Source: Candidatus Acidiferrum sp. | GTDB taxonomy: Archaea; Thermoproteota; Bathyarchaeia; Bathyarchaeales; Bathycorpusculaceae | Assembly: GCA_035623315.1 (NCBI GenBank) | Contig: DASPTR010000189.1 | Coordinates: forward strand, 1 to 55,998 | Length of the DNA stretch: 55,998 bases | Direction: 5' to 3' | Part shown: in pieces, positions 44,773-54,167 of the stretch | Numbering within the stretch: the first letter of the stretch is position 1 | How the letters are laid out: every line of letters starts with the position of its first letter | Made by a program: the position numbers and the translations under genes | Notes under the pieces: model-generated | Told to the model about the DNA's origin: nothing | What the model saw: only the letters and a program-made list of their open reading frames with translations | Databases searched by the model: none

Positions 44773-46107
44773 ATGTCCTTAGAACGATTAGGCTCTTCAC
44801 TCTACGACGCGCTCAGAAAAGTTTTCAAAGCATCCGTCGTAGATGAGGCAACAGTCAAAGAACTTGTTCGGGACATACAACGGGCTCTACTTCAATCCGA
44901 CGTCAACGTCAAACTCGTACTCGACATTTCAAAACAGATAGAAGAACGAGCTCTGAAAGAGAAAGTTCCGCCGGGCGTTTCGCGACGCGAACACATAATA
45001 AAAGTCGTCTACGAAGAACTAACCAGATTCTTAGGAGACAAAGCTGCCACAGTCAAGTTTGAGCCCGGAAAAAGAAAAATAATCATGCTCGTAGGCATAC
45101 AAGGCTCTGGAAAAACAACGAACGGCGCAAAACTAGCGAGATACTTCCAAAAAAGAGGACTTAAACCTGCATTGATATGCGCTGACACGTTCAGACCTGG
45201 CGCCTACCCGCAACTACAGCAGCTAGCAACCAGAATAAACGTGCCAATCTACGGCGACACAAAAGCCAAAGACCCAGTCAAGGTCACCAAAGAGGGACTG
45301 AAACTATTCACAGACAAGGATATAGTCATCATAGACACTTCAGGCCGCCACAAGGAAGAACAGGAACTAATCAAAGAAATGAAAACACTTGAAAACAGCA
45401 TCAAACCAGACGAAGTCATGCTCGTGATTGACGGCACAATCGGCCAACAGGCTATGGTTCAAGCTGAAGCATTCAACAAAGCCACGCCAATAGGTTCAAT
45501 CCTAGTGACCAAACTCGACGGTTCAGCAAGAGGAGGCGGAGCACTTTCGGCAGTAGCCGCTACTAAAGCACCCATAAAATTCATCGGTACAGGCGAAAAA
45601 GTGGAAGACATAGAATCCTTCGTTCCATCACGATTTGTTGGAAGACTCTTAGGCATGGGCGACCTGGAAACGTTGCTCGACAAAGTGCGCGAAGCAGAGA
45701 TCAGGGTTCCAGAAAAGAAGGCAAAGGCCATTCTCAGCGGAAAATTCACGCTAACAGACATGTACGAACAGTTTGAAGCATTGAAAGGAATGGGTACATT
45801 CCGAAAACTGTTGAAAATGCTACCAGGAATGTCATATGACATACCTGAAGACATGCTGAACACGGCTGAAGGCAGACTTGAAAAGTGGCGAGTCATGATC
45901 CAATCCATGACTCCGAAGGAAAAAGAAAATCCCAAAATGTTCAATGCTTCAAGAGTGAGACGAGTAGCCAAAGGTTCAGGAACAAACGAAAAGGAAGTGA
46001 AGGAACTTCTGAAGCAGTACGTCGTGATGCGCCGCATGCTAAAAACGCTGAGAAGAAAAAAGAAGCTCCCCTTCCTTGGAAAAAACATCCCCCTCGATCT
46101 AAAATAG
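44773..46107 (+). CDS. srp54: Signal recognition particle protein SRP54
   Basis: The N domain is MSLERLGSSLYDALRK. The G domain has GIQGSGKTT, DTSGRH and TKLDGSARGG. The M domain is Met-rich. The track ORF starts at a TTG at 44761. Confidence 0.95.
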   Translation: MSLERLGSSLYDALRKVFKASVVDEATVKELVRDIQRALLQSDVNVKLVLDISKQIEERALKEKVPPGVSRREHIIKVVYEELTRFLGDKAATVKFEPGKRKIIMLVGIQGSGKTTNGAKLARYFQKRGLKPALICADTFRPGAYPQLQQLATRINVPIYGDTKAKDPVKVTKEGLKLFTDKDIVIIDTSGRHKEEQELIKEMKTLENSIKPDEVMLVIDGTIGQQAMVQAEAFNKATPIGSILVTKLDGSARGGGALSAVAATKAPIKFIGTGEKVEDIESFVPSRFVGRLLGMGDLETLLDKVREAEIRVPEKKAKAILSGKFTLTDMYEQFEALKGMGTFRKLLKMLPGMSYDIPEDMLNTAEGRLEKWRVMIQSMTPKEKENPKMFNASRVRRVAKGSGTNEKEVKELLKQYVVMRRMLKTLRRKKKLPFLGKNIPLDLK

Positions 46108-46125
46108 CAAGTCTAAGGCCAATTT

Positions 46126-47457
46126 ATGAGCATTCTACAGAAATCGTTGAAAATGATGGAAAAGCATCCCTTATGCGATCACTGCCTGGGAAGGCAATTC
46201 GCCCTCTTAGGCCATGGAATTGATAATGACGAGCGAGGGAGATCAATAAAATTAGTTCTAGCATTAGAAGCCAACGCAGTTTCTCTAACAGACAAGGAAG
46301 GCGTCAAAGTTCTGAAAATCCTTGCAACCAACGGTTACTCCAAAACTGCACAAGAACTCCTGCAAAAAATGAAAAGACGCCTCCCGAAGAACACCGTCTC
46401 AAAGCAATGTTTCCTATGCGAAGACAGATTCAAGAACGTTGAGAACTTGGCAAACGAAGCTCTAACACTGCTCGAAGCCTATGAATACACTAGCTTCTTG
46501 GTCGGCACCGAGCTGCCGACTAGTGTTGAAGAACGCGAGGACGAATTCAAAGCTGAATTTACAACAGACTATGGAGAAAGCATGCGAAACGAGTTTGGAA
46601 GGCTGATAGGCAAGATGATCGCTGAGAAGAACGGGAAAAACGTTGAATTCATGAAACCCGACATAGTCGTGCTGGTTAACCCATACGCCCCAACTGTGAA
46701 ACTCCAAATCAACCCTCTATTCGTAGCCGGAAGATACCGAAAATACGTGAGAAACATACCACAGTCAAAGTGGTTCTGCTCAGAATGCCGAGGTAAAGGC
46801 TGCGAAAAATGCAACTGGACTGGGAAGATGTATCCCGAATCAGTGGAAGAAATCATTGGAAAACCTCTCCTGGACGCTACGGAAGGGACCAAATCTTCGT
46901 TTCATGCGTCAGGCAGGGAGGACATAGATGCTCGCATGCTCGGCCATGGTCGTCCTTTCGTTATCGAAATAACAAGACCCAGACTGCGATTCTTGGAATA
47001 CAAGAGGCTCCAACAACAGGTGAACACTTATGGGAAGGGAAAAGTTGCCGTCTCAGGCCTAAAACTTGTGAACAAAGATGTGGTGAGAAAGCTGAAAACA
47101 GGCGAGTCCATGCAGAAAGAGTACAGGGTTACCATTGAATTCGAGGATGCAGTGGCTCCTGAGGATATAGCTCGCCTGAGAAATACGCTGAGAAACTCTG
47201 TGATCACACAGAAGACACCCATGCGTGTTCTTCACAGACGCGCAGATCTAACCCGAGAAAAGTACATATACGACGTGGGCATAAGGAAGTTGTCGCCAAG
47301 AAAACTTGAGGTGAAGCTACGTTGCCAAGGAGGGCTTTATGTCAAGGAGCTTGTGACTGGAGATGAAGGAAGAACGACCCCTAACGTTTCGGAAGTCCTT
47401 GGAAACAAGGCCAAACCCGTGAAACTCGATGTTCTAGACGTGATTATGAAGGTGTGA
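46126..47457 (+). CDS. pus10: tRNA pseudouridine synthase Pus10 (Psi54/55)
   Basis: Zinc motifs CDHCLGRQF...CFLCE and CSECRGKGCEKCNWTG, a THUMP-like middle region, and the catalytic block GREDIDARMLGHGRPF. Confidence 0.85.
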   Translation: MSILQKSLKMMEKHPLCDHCLGRQFALLGHGIDNDERGRSIKLVLALEANAVSLTDKEGVKVLKILATNGYSKTAQELLQKMKRRLPKNTVSKQCFLCEDRFKNVENLANEALTLLEAYEYTSFLVGTELPTSVEEREDEFKAEFTTDYGESMRNEFGRLIGKMIAEKNGKNVEFMKPDIVVLVNPYAPTVKLQINPLFVAGRYRKYVRNIPQSKWFCSECRGKGCEKCNWTGKMYPESVEEIIGKPLLDATEGTKSSFHASGREDIDARMLGHGRPFVIEITRPRLRFLEYKRLQQQVNTYGKGKVAVSGLKLVNKDVVRKLKTGESMQKEYRVTIEFEDAVAPEDIARLRNTLRNSVITQKTPMRVLHRRADLTREKYIYDVGIRKLSPRKLEVKLRCQGGLYVKELVTGDEGRTTPNVSEVLGNKAKPVKLDVLDVIMKV

Positions 47458-47765
47458 TGAGTGAGAATATGAGAGGGTCAAAGGGTTATCGCTCAGGTAC
47501 ACGTCGACTATTGAAGAAAGGACACAGAGAACGCGGAAAGACAAAAACAAGCAAACTTCTCCAAGAATATACCTCTGGAAACCGCGTCCTCGTCAGAATA
47601 GATCCAAGCACCCAGAAAGGAATGCCTCACCGACGCTTTCACGGAAAAATTGGTACGGTAACAGAAAAACGTGGACGAAGCTACGTCGTGACCGTCTCCC
47701 AAGGAGACACCGTCAAAGAAATCATAGTCAGGCCTGAACATCTGGAACCCTTCAAGAGTGATTAG
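47454..47765 (+). CDS. rpl21e: 50S ribosomal protein L21e
   Basis: GSKGYRSGTRRLLKK...GNRVLVRIDPSTQKGMPHRRFHGKIGTV. The start is the GTG at 47454 or the ATG at 47457. Confidence 0.9.
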   Translation: MMSENMRGSKGYRSGTRRLLKKGHRERGKTKTSKLLQEYTSGNRVLVRIDPSTQKGMPHRRFHGKIGTVTEKRGRSYVVTVSQGDTVKEIIVRPEHLEPFKSD

Positions 47766-48104
47766 ATGTCGAAAGAAAACGTAGAGGAAAAGAACCTCAC
47801 ACTTCCTCAAGTGAAAAAGCTCCTGGAATCCATTGGCGAGGAAAACTTGGATCAATTGCAGCGTCGAACCTTTGACTACGTATCAAAATTCTCCAAGATG
47901 GATCCAGAAGATGCTAAGAAAATTGTAGAAAAGCTCGTAAAAGAATACGGCCTAGAAGAGGAAGAGGCAGTACAGGTAATCAACTGCCTTCCCAAGACTG
48001 TGGACGAGCTAAGGGTCTTCTTAAGCAGCGGCCGAAAGATCATTGATACTTCCGCATTAAAAACTATCGTAGAACTCCTAGGTGAACATGAAAAAACCAA
48101 ATAA
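47766..48104 (+). CDS. rpoF: DNA-directed RNA polymerase subunit F (Rpo4)
   Basis: 112 aa and helical, with LTLPQVKKLLESIGEE...DYVSKFSKM...AVQVINCLPKTVDELRVFL. It sits in the conserved L21e-rpoF-DUF655-ksgA order. Confidence 0.8.
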   Translation: MSKENVEEKNLTLPQVKKLLESIGEENLDQLQRRTFDYVSKFSKMDPEDAKKIVEKLVKEYGLEEEEAVQVINCLPKTVDELRVFLSSGRKIIDTSALKTIVELLGEHEKTK

Positions 48105-48160
48105 GAATGATCTTCGTCTAGCAACCATTTTTTAAGCAATAAGAACATAGAATAGAGACT

Positions 48161-48736
48161 ATGGCCATGATGGAGAAACGGTACGAAGAGCACGCGTATG
48201 TCTTGGATTTCTTGCCGCACGGCCGCTCCGGAGTACGCCCGACCGGAAGAGCAGGATATCGAGCTGGAGCTCTGCTTCAGTTGATGGGAGAAGAGTTCTT
48301 CACGCTCTTGGAAGCGCTGGTAAAAGATGGAGTGTCACTGAAACCGCACGACCGCGTATACGTGGGAAAGGAACCAAGAGAAGAGATCACTTACATCATT
48401 GGAAGAATAGGGTATGATGAACTGACAGCTGCTGCGAAGATGGAGCTCCCAGCCGTCATAAGCAGAATTGTGCTCAGCCGCGAGGGTTGGTTCATAAATT
48501 TCTTCAATAGTGCGAGAGCCATAACACCCCGGATGCACGCGTTGGAATTGATCCCCGGAATAGGCAAGAAGTACATGTGGCAGGTAATAAACGAGCGCGA
48601 AAAGAGACCTTTTGAAAGCTATGATGACTTGCAGAAACGCACAGAGTTGCCTAATCCCGTTAAGTTAGTAACTAAAAGAGTCTTGGAAGAGCTATCTGGC
48701 GACAGCAAGTACAGGCTGTTCACGAGAACTCAGTAG
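48161..48736 (+). CDS. DUF655 family protein (OB plus helix-hairpin-helix, putative RNA-binding)
   Basis: EEHAYVLDFLPHGRS at the N-terminus and LELIPGIGKKYMWQVINER as the HhH, in the conserved position before ksgA. Confidence 0.75.
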   Translation: MAMMEKRYEEHAYVLDFLPHGRSGVRPTGRAGYRAGALLQLMGEEFFTLLEALVKDGVSLKPHDRVYVGKEPREEITYIIGRIGYDELTAAAKMELPAVISRIVLSREGWFINFFNSARAITPRMHALELIPGIGKKYMWQVINEREKRPFESYDDLQKRTELPNPVKLVTKRVLEELSGDSKYRLFTRTQ

Positions 48737-49584
48737 TGCAATCGAACTTGCTCCCGAATAGCACGAGCCTATTAGAAAGAACGAAGTTTCTTCTTCGAAA
48801 ATATCGAATCTCGCCGAACAGGTTAATGGGACAGAATTTCATGATTGAGCCGTCGCTATTCCAAATCATGAATGATTATGCTCAAGTTGCTCAAGACGAT
48901 GTGACAGTTGATATTGGCGCGGGTCTTGGGTTCTTGACTCGGTTTCTGGCAGACAAATGCAAACGGGTCTTGGCTGTTGAGGCAGATGAACGGCTGGTAA
49001 GAGAACTGTTCGAACAATTCGAGAACGTGCCTAATGTCACGGTAATTGCTGGCGACGTGCTTAAGACTCACATTCCCCGCTTCGACAAGGTCGTGTCGAT
49101 TCCGCCCTATCGCATTTCTTCGCGTCTTGTTAAGTGGCTTCTGGACAGGCATCTTAGCCCTTCAGTGCTGATCTTTCAGCAAGAGTTTGCAAATCGGTTA
49201 GTGGCGCCTGTGGGAAGCGGAAACTATGGATTGTTGACGATTCTCACATATTATCATGCGAAGTGCGAACTTTTCGACCAAGTACCAAAGCACATGTTTT
49301 ATCCGCAACCAGAGGTGGGTTCGATTATTGTTCGTTTGGAGCCTAGAAAGTCAAAACCTTTCAAAGTGGACAATGAGCCTATGTTCACAAAAATGGTGCA
49401 GAGCTTATTTACCCAGCGCAATAGAAAGGTGAGGAATGCTGTTCAGCCTTTTCTGCGAGGCATACTCGCAAAGACTCCCATGGATGCCGAGACGATAACT
49501 GCTCATGTTCCTTACTCTACTGAACGAGTACGGATGCTGACCGCTGAAGATTTCGGAGTGTTGGCAAATGCACTCCTCAGCTAA
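48736..49584 (+). CDS. rsmA: 16S rRNA dimethyladenosine transferase KsgA/Dim1
   Basis: GQNFMIEPS, VDIGAGLGFLT, SIPPYRISS. The GTG start overlaps the DUF655 TAG stop. Confidence 0.9.
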   Translation: MQSNLLPNSTSLLERTKFLLRKYRISPNRLMGQNFMIEPSLFQIMNDYAQVAQDDVTVDIGAGLGFLTRFLADKCKRVLAVEADERLVRELFEQFENVPNVTVIAGDVLKTHIPRFDKVVSIPPYRISSRLVKWLLDRHLSPSVLIFQQEFANRLVAPVGSGNYGLLTILTYYHAKCELFDQVPKHMFYPQPEVGSIIVRLEPRKSKPFKVDNEPMFTKMVQSLFTQRNRKVRNAVQPFLRGILAKTPMDAETITAHVPYSTERVRMLTAEDFGVLANALLS

Positions 49585-50182
49585 GCAGGTGGTTTTCAAA
49601 GACTACGTTTTCAACGTGTCTGAATACGTCTACGAACCTGCTGAAGATTCGTTTCTTTTTGCTGAGTATCTCCTGAGTGAAAGTGGCAAGTATGTTCTCG
49701 ACATGGGCACTGGGTGCGGCATCTTGGGCGTTATTGCTGCAGCCAGCGATTCAAGAGTTGTCGCCGTTGACATCAACCCTTACGCAGTTCGTTGCGCGCA
49801 CGAGAATGCAAAACTAAACCACGTAGCCGACAAGTTCTCATTTATTCGAGGTGACCTGTTCGGTTCAATGAAGACGAATGTTCTTTTCGATTTGATTCTC
49901 TTCAATGCCCCTTATCTTCCGACAAACCGTTGGGAGGGCAAATCTTGGCTGGAACACGCTTGGGCTGGTGGAACAAATGGCAGGCGGATTATAGACAAGT
50001 TCATCAGTCAGTCTTCAAGTCATTTGTTGCCACGCGGGCGGGTTCTATTGTTGCAATCAACTTTGTCAGGCATCGAAAAGACTTTAAAGAGTTTCAACGG
50101 AAAAGGCTTGAGAACCAGAACCCTTGCTGTAGAAGATCTACCTTTCTTCGAATCAATATTGTTAATCGAAGCGCGACATTGA
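49568..50182 (+). CDS. HemK/Mtq2-like N5-glutamine (release factor) methyltransferase
   Basis: VYEPAEDSFL, VLDMGTGCGILG, AVDINP, and FNAPYLP as an NPPY variant. Confidence 0.65.
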   Translation: MHSSAKQVVFKDYVFNVSEYVYEPAEDSFLFAEYLLSESGKYVLDMGTGCGILGVIAAASDSRVVAVDINPYAVRCAHENAKLNHVADKFSFIRGDLFGSMKTNVLFDLILFNAPYLPTNRWEGKSWLEHAWAGGTNGRRIIDKFISQSSSHLLPRGRVLLLQSTLSGIEKTLKSFNGKGLRTRTLAVEDLPFFESILLIEARH

Positions 50183-50210
50183 GTCTAAACGTTATGAATA
50201 AGTATTTGAA

Positions 50211-50891
50211 CTATTCGAGAATCTTTTGCAATCGCAGCTCGTCCCTGATTGGCAGTCCGTTTATGCCTGAAAGAGCCATGCCATGTTTCTTTGCTATGAC
50301 GTTTGGTATTACTTCGAAAATCTGAAAACCGAGAGACTGATAAAACCCTAGAGCAGGGAGGTCGTCATTCGAAGTTGAGACCTGCAGTTTCTTCTTCCGC
50401 TTTTTTCTTGCTTCTGATTCCGCTTTTTTGATCAGGCTATAACCGATTCCGGAACCTTGATATTCTGGGTGTACTCCTAAGGCCACGATTATTAGGCTGT
50501 CTGGGTTTTCACTTAGAGAGATGAAGCCGGCGAAGCTATTGCCCGCTTTGGCAACGTATGCTGGTTGTTCTGCAACGTTAAATTCGATGTCGAAGGTCAA
50601 CTGCTTTTCTTCGCCCCAGAATTGTCTGACTAATTCTCTAATCTCATCCTTCTCCTTCTCAGATGAAACTCTCTTGACAACATGCTTTGTCTTGTTCTTC
50701 CTTATGCACGATGGACACACCATGGATTCTCTGGCATGTGTTTCGCATATGAGAGCACCACACGTTGTGCACTTGTAGTTCGCAGTGTTTCTGCAATACT
50801 TGCAGTTCAATGTTGTTGCCTTCGTTGTTTGTTTTGTCGAAAAGCTATATAACGTGAAAGGTTGAGTATTGTAGAAAAGCTTTGGAGGCAT
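50211..50891 (-). CDS. GNAT N-acetyltransferase with an N-terminal cross-brace zinc-finger module
   Basis: The C-terminal GNAT core is IIVALGVHPEYQGSGIGYSLIKKAE (acetyl-CoA Q/R-x-x-G-x-G/A). The N-terminal module is CKYC-x7-CTTC-x4-CETH-x6-CPSC. The track ORF (to 51092) overlaps the divergent gene. The ATG at 50891 or a downstream TTG is more plausible. Confidence 0.7.
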   Translation of the reverse strand: MPPKLFYNTQPFTLYSFSTKQTTKATTLNCKYCRNTANYKCTTCGALICETHARESMVCPSCIRKNKTKHVVKRVSSEKEKDEIRELVRQFWGEEKQLTFDIEFNVAEQPAYVAKAGNSFAGFISLSENPDSLIIVALGVHPEYQGSGIGYSLIKKAESEARKKRKKKLQVSTSNDDLPALGFYQSLGFQIFEVIPNVIAKKHGMALSGINGLPIRDELRLQKILE

Positions 50892-51419
50892 GGCCCAGTG
50901 GGTGTTTTGGGAAAGGATAGGTTGAGAGAGCTTATTGAGAATTACAAGTGTATTTATCCTTATGACTATAATCTGCTCGATGGTGATGGTTACATTCTGA
51001 CGGTCAAGGAGGAAACAGGCTTGAATTATTTGGAGCATAAGAATTTGATATCGTACGAGGTGGTTTTTATTCCGCCAAATTACGTGGCCCATTTGACAGC
51101 TAAGAGCAAGTATGGCAGGATGGGATTATCTTTCCTAAACGCGGCTAAAGTTCACAGTGGGTTTGTGGGAAGGCTTGCGCTAGAGCTCGTGAATTTGAGT
51201 AATGACCGGCATCCAATAGTGATCAAACATGGAGATCCTTTCATGCACATCGAATTCGTCACTAGAGAGGGCCAACCGTCGCCGTATAACGGGGAATATC
51301 AGTTTCAGTATTTGACTGACGACGAGATGCAAATGTACGTGTCGATCATGAAGAAGGTCTTTCCAAATTTTGATGAACTCGCGAAGACATGGTTTAAGAA
51401 CAAAAGATTACCTGCATGA
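50862..51419 (+). CDS. dcd: dCTP deaminase/dUTPase-fold protein
   Basis: LGKDRLRELIE at the N-terminus and GFVGRLALELVNLSNDRHPIVIKHGDPFMHIEF as the trimeric dUTPase-fold motif. The start is ambiguous (TTG 50862, GTG 50898 or TTG 50907). Confidence 0.7.
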   Translation: MSIVEKLWRHGPVGVLGKDRLRELIENYKCIYPYDYNLLDGDGYILTVKEETGLNYLEHKNLISYEVVFIPPNYVAHLTAKSKYGRMGLSFLNAAKVHSGFVGRLALELVNLSNDRHPIVIKHGDPFMHIEFVTREGQPSPYNGEYQFQYLTDDEMQMYVSIMKKVFPNFDELAKTWFKNKRLPA

Positions 51420-51514
51420 CACAATGTGATCATGCCTTCAGATTTGAGAGGCTGTTTCTGCAACTTTCATACTGCAACCCTAATCTCCAGAGTCGTCGCT
51501 TTGGATATGCACTG

Positions 51515-52837
51515 CTATTTCTGGAAAATGTTGATTTTCCGGCCGATTTTGTGTCTCTTTCTGATGTCAGCAAAGGATGATATTTGTGCCAGCTTTTCGA
51601 TCAGTGGACCGGTATCTGCAAGAATTTTCGATTCATATGGATAGACGCTTTTGAAGCCCATTGCCTTTGTTTCTTCTTCAAGGTCTAGAGTGATGAAGTT
51701 TTCAGTTCGTGTTTTGATGTAAGGAGTAGTGAAGACAATGTTTCCTTCAGGCTTCAGTGCTTCGTAGGCGCCTTGGAGGAAGGAACAGTATAGGGGTTTC
51801 AGTTTGTTGGTGATTCGCCTGGCGTATGAGTCAGTGGGGAAGTGGCGCAAGGGTGGTCCGAGGTCGGGTTCTGTTACGATGCAGTCGACTGTTTCTTTGT
51901 TCATTTTGTTTTTTAGGTCGCGGGAATCGCCTGTGAGTACATCGTATTCTGTTTCTTTGAGGCGATATTCCTTCGTGAGCCATTCAAGGTTTATGCGGGA
52001 CGCGTTGACGCACCATGGGTTCTTGTCTATTCCTGTTACGTGTGCTTTGAGGAGTAGGGCTTCTTGAAGAATGGTGCCGACGCCGCAGAAGGGGTCAAGC
52101 AAGGTTTTTCCGGGCATGCAAGCGCACAGGTTCACCATGATTTTGGCTAGTCTAGGCGGGATCGAGTAGATTTTTCGCTGAATAGGTCTGCCTGTGTCTC
52201 GTTTTTGGAATTCGAAGGGGTTGTGAACGCTTAGGGTCTTGGATATATGGGTCTGTGTTTTGCCTATGCAGAACAGTGCTTCGGCGCCTTGTTTCGTCAG
52301 TTCTTTTTTGAGCACTTCAACGTGCGTCAGTTGTGGGAGTCGTCTTCCCTCAGGGTATCCCATGAATCGGCTTCTTGTGCCCCGTGAGGCCAGTTCAGTC
52401 TTGAAGCAGTTTCCGACGAATCTTTGTATTCTTCTGGAGGCGTGGAGAAATCTTGGGTTTTCGAAGTACACGCTGACTCCGAAGATGAGTTTTGAGAGGG
52501 ACTTGTCGAAAAGATTGATGAAAATCGGTTCGGACGCCAAGTGGTTCTTGATCTGTGTGAGCGCTTGTTCTTTTTTGTGAAGGAAGGCGTCTTCAACGGT
52601 TTCGGAGGAGATTTGTGATAGAGCTTTGCCAATTTTTATGGTGCCTCCGAGGGTGTCGATGATGTTTGGGTCTATGAAACTGTTGCTGGCGATGACGAAG
52701 AATGGTTTTGAAAGGTCAGTAATTTTGAAACTGGCTTTTCTGGTTTTGAGGACGGTTATTAGCTCCGCTAATGAGAGTTTCCAGTTCTTTCCTGGGATGA
52801 AAACGTATGTTTGTTCGTCGTGTTGCAAGATCGCCAC
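51515..52837 (-). CDS. SAM-dependent RNA methyltransferase, Trm11/TrmG10-like, with a long N-terminal (THUMP-like?) region
   Basis: PPRLAKIMVNL...LLDPFCGVGTILQEA (motif I) and GIDKN. Motif IV reads VTEPDLGPP rather than the usual D/N-PPY. Confidence 0.5.
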   Translation of the reverse strand: MAILQHDEQTYVFIPGKNWKLSLAELITVLKTRKASFKITDLSKPFFVIASNSFIDPNIIDTLGGTIKIGKALSQISSETVEDAFLHKKEQALTQIKNHLASEPIFINLFDKSLSKLIFGVSVYFENPRFLHASRRIQRFVGNCFKTELASRGTRSRFMGYPEGRRLPQLTHVEVLKKELTKQGAEALFCIGKTQTHISKTLSVHNPFEFQKRDTGRPIQRKIYSIPPRLAKIMVNLCACMPGKTLLDPFCGVGTILQEALLLKAHVTGIDKNPWCVNASRINLEWLTKEYRLKETEYDVLTGDSRDLKNKMNKETVDCIVTEPDLGPPLRHFPTDSYARRITNKLKPLYCSFLQGAYEALKPEGNIVFTTPYIKTRTENFITLDLEEETKAMGFKSVYPYESKILADTGPLIEKLAQISSFADIRKRHKIGRKINIFQK

Positions 52838-53051
52838 GTTCTAGAGCCGCATGTGCATCTAATGATGGTGCAATTTTTAATGTTTGATCCTTGTATTTTA
52901 GGATATAATCCTTGGGTTTTAGATAGCGAAAAGTCTGTTGGCTACAGGTCAATTCCACTTCAGCGTGCGTTCTTGAACCTCTGTTATCGGCCAAAATGTG
53001 TCTACTCCTTTTCTATGTCGATTCTTGAGAGTTTTGAGACTAGTTTCTGCC

Positions 53052-53185
53052 GTTTTGGGATGTTGCGCATCCGAACATGCGCCTACCCTCCCTCCTAATA
53101 GGCTTTTCACGGCTAAAAGTATCTGTATTTTGGGATGTTGCAACATCCAAACATATACCTACCCCCCTCCTAGGTCGGTTTTTTC
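53052..53185. repeat. Dimeric intergenic repeat element, copy 2 (inverted relative to copy 1)
   Basis: Two units begin with (g/a)ttttgggatgttgc. There is a perfect 16-bp palindrome ggatgttgcaacatcc at 53133-53148. The linker is aagtatctgt. The element ends cctaggtcggttttttc. Confidence 0.8.
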
Positions 53186-53468
53186 AGTTTCATGATTTTC
53201 ACGCGTGTCGTGGGGGCCACTGTGCAGTTGACTTCTTGTCGCGTCTGATGTTTCATCTACAGGTTCAACATGCAACCTCGTGAGCGTGAACCAACTCTTG
53301 CTTGTCTTTCCACGTTTTGGCCAGCAGCAACAGTCATGCGTCCCGTAACGCCCAATGCTCTCCCCTACTTCTTGGGAGGACTATCTCTTGTGTTTCGCGG
53401 GTTTTTTCGGAAAGAAGCCTCGTTTCCTTATGCTCGTCAAAACACTCGTCTTTCTTGATGCAACTGCC

Positions 53469-54167
53469 CTAAACAATTTTCAGCAATTCGTCTAGCGAAT
53501 GAATAATTTTGTCTGGCGACGCTTGAAGAAGTTTTTCTTTCGGGCTTACTCCTCCGGCAATCGCGATTGCCATTACGCCTGCATCTTTGGCAGCCGTCAC
53601 GTCTATCCAGCTGTCGCCTACGTATGCTGCATCACTTGGGTTGTATCCGAGAGCCGATAGAGCTCTTGTAATGCATTCTCCGTTCGGTTTGATTCTCTTG
53701 ACGTCATCCCTTGTTACTACTACGTCAAAAAACTTTTGTATGCCGAATTTTTTAAAGGCAAGTTTGACCCCTTTGCTGCCTGAGTTTGATACTAGGCCCA
53801 CTTTAATGCCGGTTTTTTTCAATTCGCCTATGACATGTTGGGCACCCTTTGTTAGCTCTGATTCAGATAGAGCTTCGATGTCAAATTTGTCAAGAACCAT
53901 GCATAGGTTCTTTCTCAAAGATTCTCGGCTGAGTTTCCCTTCTTTCTCGACTTGCCCCTCAGCTTGCTGCATCATAGTCGCTACGGTGTCGTCTACAGTA
54001 ATGCCGCGAACGTCGAGACCTAGTTCTGCTATCCTCTTGATCAAAGCTATTTTGGCTTCTTTGGCGTTGTAAGTGTTTTTGAGGACCGTCCCGTCAAGAT
54101 CGAAGAGTACGACTTGCAGTTTCCTTGTTTCTTTCGCCTCTCTTCTGCTTGTAAACGTGGTTCTCAC
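53469..54167 (-). CDS. HAD-superfamily hydrolase (subfamily IA, phosphatase-like)
   Basis: Motif I VVLFDLDGTV, motif II LVSNSG, and motifs III/IV K...YVGDSWIDVTAAKDAG. Confidence 0.8.
   Translation of the reverse strand: MRTTFTSRREAKETRKLQVVLFDLDGTVLKNTYNAKEAKIALIKRIAELGLDVRGITVDDTVATMMQQAEGQVEKEGKLSRESLRKNLCMVLDKFDIEALSESELTKGAQHVIGELKKTGIKVGLVSNSGSKGVKLAFKKFGIQKFFDVVVTRDDVKRIKPNGECITRALSALGYNPSDAAYVGDSWIDVTAAKDAGVMAIAIAGGVSPKEKLLQASPDKIIHSLDELLKIV

Noticed and set aside
42861-53185. Inverted repeats flanking 10 kb, considered as the terminal inverted repeats of a composite mobile element or integrated element.
   Set aside because: The enclosed genes are universal housekeeping genes in conserved operon order (rpl21e-rpoF-DUF655-ksgA, srp54, pus10). 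There is no transposase, integrase, tRNA target or target-site duplication.
42861-53185. The possibility that the tandem units of about 60-75 bp are a mini CRISPR array.
   Set aside because: There are only two units per locus and they are joined by a conserved linker rather than unique spacers. The units themselves are degenerate copies, and no cas genes are in the window.
53186-53468. A non-coding stretch of about 280 bp after repeat copy 2, with small hairpins (ggttcaacatgcaacc; ctccc-N9-gggag at 53360-53378) and a T6 run at 53402-53407. I considered RNase P RNA or SRP RNA.
   Set aside because: I could not find the RNase P CR-I GAGGAAAGUCC-type box or the SRP helix-8 GNAR-loop/AGCA-GGCA motifs on either strand. 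The hairpins are short. It may still be a novel sRNA or a 3' UTR, but the sequence alone does not support a call.
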